DNA of 64,000 nt from Klebsormidium nitens (Eukaryota > Plantae > Klebsormidiophyceae), in the NCBI GenBank assembly GCA_000708835.1, contig DF237261.1:41865-105864 (forward strand), written 5' to 3'. Made by a program: the position numbers and the translations under genes. Position 1 is the stretch's first letter, and each line of letters opens with the position of its first letter. Of this stretch, positions 60,400 to 64,000 are shown piece by piece. The notes beneath the pieces are model-generated. The model saw only the letters and a program-made list of their open reading frames with translations, had not been told where the DNA came from and did not search any database.

Positions 60400-61657
60400 C
60401 TACATTTGTGCGTCGAGCTTGAGGCTGCAGCGCGCGCCGGGGGGCAGCAGCTTGGGCGGCACGCAGTACATGACGGGGTGGAACACGGTGCCCGGGGGGC
60501 ACACCATGTCGATCTTGATGCTCTTGCCAAAGGGGCCGATCGGCTGGCACCGATAAAACTTGCTGCACGGACAAAGGAGAGGATTTCAATGTACTGGTGG
60601 ACCAGAACCGAAGTTGGTTACAGGGCAAGATTCGGACGATTTCAATGGATGTTTCCTGAAGTAAGAAGGAATTACGAGAGGGTGGAGGATCGTGAGGATC
60701 TCGTTCGGACTTCAATACTAAGATCAACTCCCTTGCCACCTTTCAAAGTACTTGACGTTCCTGTTCATTGTAGAGAGGAGACACCGACGTTTGATTGGTG
60801 ATACTGCTTCCTGGTCTTTGAGAGAGTAAACTGATGGGGAATCCTGCAAATTGCGTACTCCTTCCAGGCCAGATTTATCAAACTGGCCAGGCAACCTATA
60901 CGGCATGTTCTCGTCTCTGCCGCGGCTTGCTATCAAGCGGACCCATTACGATCTGATTCAAAACAGCGGTCACTGCCAAGAAGCACCTGACGATTTCACC
61001 ATAGCACCCATGAAAACTTCCCCTTGAAACATGCAATGCTGTCCACGTTGCCCTGCTAGCAACCTTAGACACTCAGACCCAAGCTATGCGGCCCGCCCGC
61101 TCAGTGCTTCTTCGATACCTGCTCATAGAGTAATTCATACTCTTCCATTTCAACAAGGCAAGCATTACACGAAAGCTGACTCTAGATTGTCTCGTCTATC
61201 ACGAGTGGGAACGTCTTTCTGACCCGATGTTACCAACAAGAAAAGGGATCAGGTTGCAACCTGTTCTGTCAGATTGGAAGTGATCACAGCATTCGCAAAA
61301 CCCATATTAAAACAGGCCCAAAGCCACATTGCCCGCCTCAGCACAATCATTGAAGTTCTCGATCGATTACCCTTTTCCGCACAAGAACAGAAAAGGATGT
61401 TATGCTCACCGGCACGTTGGATCTGACAGATCTGGGTAGATCCCCATTGCCTTGCCATCGCATGTCTCGGGCGGGGGGATCGGTGCAGGGGCAGGGGCAG
61501 GAATGGGGCCAGGAATTGGGGGCATAGCTGGGCTAAGGTTTTCTAAGAAGGGGCGGGTTTGAGAGAGGCCGGCAGAGCGCAGCGCGGAGGGGGCCTTGGG
61601 CGAGAAGAGGGACAAGAACGAGAGCATAGAGGCGAGCAAGACCTTGATGACAGCCAT
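60400..61657 (-). CDS. Secreted Pro-rich protein with a CBM14 (peritrophin-A) chitin-binding domain, 2 exons: 61657-61410, 60562-60400
   Basis: Signal peptide MAVIKVLLASMLSFLSLF and a PIPAPAPAP linker. Phase-2 splicing gives a six-Cys domain C-DGKAMGIYPDLSDPT-C-RKFYR-C-x15-C-PPGTVFHPVMY-C-x11-C. Confidence 0.8.
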
Positions 61658-62659
61658 GATTGGCAGTCAGCGGGAAACTGTGAGGGATGCGTGTGAGTGG
61701 TTTGATGGATGCCAATGGGAAGGGGCCGCTGGGGAGTATCCAAAGGAGGGCAAATGGGGCTATGTTTGAAGGAGGGCCTGGGCCTGCAAAAACACATGAA
61801 ATGTGACTACAATCAAGTCAAGCTGTCTGGAATGCAAGCATCATTGAGGATTGCATGAGATCTGGACTCGAGGGGTCAATGCTGTTGGTTTGCCCGTTGT
61901 CATTCTGATTTATTCCCAGAAGTGTTGATTCACCTGAGATCTGCATTGCAAGGAGACTTGGATTCAGGCATGAGACATTCTTGAGCCAGCAAGTGACGTT
62001 GTGTGCTAGGGACCCCAGTCAGTAAGTGCTGCCACAAGAAGCTGGTATAAAGACGCCTCCCAGGTACCTTACTACGGAGTTCTTGGCTTTGCTTAAAAGC
62101 ACTTCTCAGCGCCAGCTTTGAACAGCCCCAACTGAGCATGCTCGAAAGGGACTGTGAGCAGAAAGAATACAAAAGAAGAGGACAGAAGAAGAGCTTCCAA
62201 AGTTGGGGCTCAAGCAACAGGACTGGCAGCACGATCTGACTGGGGCAATTTAAACTTTCCACCATATATCTCGAGCAATTGAGGGGAATGGATCAAGAAT
62301 GGTCCAGGTTATTCCAGAGCTGGCCCGAGCTGGCAAAGACGGCTCCCAAGACGACTCAACTACCTGAGGGCTGGCTGCTGATCAGCACTGTTTACCTTCC
62401 TTCTCTTGCAGGCGCACTACTGTTGCAGCGAGTGATCGCCAGTGCAAAGTCAGGTCAGCAAAACTGACCGCATTGGTGATCAATGCTGATGCTCCTCTGG
62501 CTGCCGCGTTTAATAGCAATTTCTTAAGCTGCTCCTGTTTCCAGGTGCTTCGTTGCCAATGCAGCTGGTTGCTCTCTTGAATTGCCGAAAGATGCAGGAT
62601 CTGCACGACTCCACGAGTCGCCAGCGGCACTGCCAGTGTACCTACCGGACCTCAATGTT

Positions 62660-63250
62660 CGTGGCGAAACTAATTCTTTTCGCCAATTTGATTTTCGCCA
62701 GATTTTCGCCATTTAGTGTCTGGGAAGGGAATTTCGCCGGCCTGGCGAAAATGGTCAGGCCGTCAGCCAATTCTTACATGCTCGGGTGCTCCCACCTGCC
62801 TTGACGAATCTTAACCCTGCTCAGAACCCCGTACTTTACCCTTGCCTGCACATTTTCAATTGATTCTCCAGAGACAACGAAAAAACGTGGTCGGTACAAG
62901 AAGTTTTCGTGCCGGGACCCTCTACCGGCCACAACTGCCGCTGGGATTTTCGCCATTAGTGTCATTATCGCCAATTAGTGTCTGGGAGCTCCTATTTAGT
63001 GTACCGGTATTCCAAGATTTATTTTCGCCACGATCACTGCTAGTACCGGTCGGTATACCGTTGAGACATTCCCATTCGCACCAGCTTGGTGCTCGGAATT
63101 ATTATTTTCTAAAGTTCTGGCATTTCGCACCAGCTTATGGGATACTTTTCATTTTTTCGCAAGAGCGCATTTTACACTGTTTTAGGCCTGTTTTGCCCCG
63201 TTTGAGGCTGATTTCGGTTTTTCTTTCACTTCGCGTTTTCGCACCAAGCC
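62660..63250. repeat. Cluster of ~12 TTTTCGCC(A)/TTTCGCA motifs, some inverted, with a duplicated ttagtgtctggga
   Basis: Motifs at about 62662 (reverse), 62678, 62693, 62703, 62732, 62743 (reverse), 62946, 62965, 63022, 63122, 63153 and 63237. Confidence 0.7.
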
Positions 63251-63674
63251 CAGACCATAATTTCAAATTTTTTGCAATAGCCTAAAATGGATTATTTTAG
63301 GTAGTGCGAATGGGAATGTACGCGTCTCTACAGTACGAGCATGCACAGTACGCGGACTACCAGTAGGTACACTAGGGCTACAGCTCAGGACCTACCTACT
63401 CCTATGGTACCGTACAGTGGCAGTGTACCGCAGCCTACTGCTTTAATCGTACTCCTTGCCTCGGTACTCTTAGGGCATGTGACGCGACGCACTCATCGAA
63501 ACAGGATCACGTCGCCGAATCAGATTGCTCCATTCCGTGGCCGGGTACGTCATTCTGACAGCTTCGGGGTCCACTCTACCCGTTATCAATGGCGGTTCTG
63601 ACCGTTACCTGGCCGACCAGGGAGCCGGCCGGCTCGGAGAGTCGGCCTATCCGGTCACGTGTGCGAGCTGAACC

Positions 63675-63875
63675 CCACCCCCCGCGCGACGCCCCCACCT
63701 GGCAAGGTCCGCGGCGAGCTCGCGAGGTGGGGCGTTCGCGAGGCCCAGGGCCAGCTCGCGACACCCCCACCGGGCGAAGTAAAGGGCAAGTTCGCGAGGT
63801 GGGGCCTTCGCGAAATCCAGGGCGAGCTCGCGAGACCCCCACCCTGCGAATTCCAGGGCGAACTCGCGAAGTTGT
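63675..63875. repeat. GC-rich tandem repeat, 36/72-bp period (cagggcgagctcgcga alternating with cccccacc or ggtgggg)
   Basis: The periodicity shows in the frame translation TPPPGKVRGELARWGVREAQGQLA / TPPPGEVKGKFARWGLREIQGELA. Confidence 0.75.
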
Positions 63876-64000
63876 GCGATGGACCTGGAAACCTGGATTG
63901 GGCAGCGAATCCTGGTTGGTCCATCTGGCGAGGCGAACCTGGACGGCTCTGTCGCGAGCTGACCTCATGCTGGCCGCTCAGGGCGAGCTCAACTTAGGCG

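Noticed and set aside
61930-62640. Possible degenerate gene remnant on the minus strand
   Set aside because: The composition is coding-like, but there are multiple stops and no recognisable family motif.
1-64000. tRNA, rRNA or snRNA genes
   Set aside because: No cloverleaf or conserved structural-RNA signature recognised by eye; an Infernal/tRNAscan run would be needed to exclude them.

Overview
This is intron-rich eukaryotic nuclear DNA (GT-AG introns of about 230-900 nt, GC-rich exons). Plant-type TPC1 and PUX1 point to a streptophyte alga, probably Klebsormidium-like; that assignment is an inference. Host genes are a two-pore channel (1.1-8.4 kb, minus), an EMB8/ABHD1-3-like alpha/beta hydrolase (10.4-14.6 kb, minus), PUX1 (16.6-19.6 kb, minus), an atypical P-type ATPase (49.2-59.1 kb, plus, one frameshift) and a secreted CBM14 chitin-binding protein (60.4-61.7 kb, minus). 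Between PUX1 and the ATPase lies a foreign block of about 22-28 kb that reads as a virus-derived, capsid-less large mobile element. It carries a 9-exon PrimPol-type primase/Zn-finger fused to a herpes-UL9-like origin-binding helicase. A compact intronless core holds an ORFan, a candidate MC1-like DNA-architecture protein, a truncated tyrosine-recombinase paralog, a complete tyrosine recombinase, a small basic ORF and a Prim-Pol/D5-type SF3 primase-helicase. A 7-exon SWIM/CxC/KDZ (Zisupton-type) transposase completes it. Six intronic arrays (about 18 units) of one ~52-bp imperfect palindrome, resembling baculovirus hrs, occur only in this block, and a perfect 24-bp palindrome sits just upstream of the recombinase pair. 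Several element genes carry single nonsense or frameshift lesions, some at CG/CHG contexts. The 5' part of the primase gene is duplicated ~6.3 kb upstream, and the two copies flank a Crinkler-like REase pseudogene. I found no capsid, packaging ATPase, PolB, TIRs or TSD. Gene models were built by hand from splice signals and frame continuity. Family calls rest on motif recognition, not database searches.
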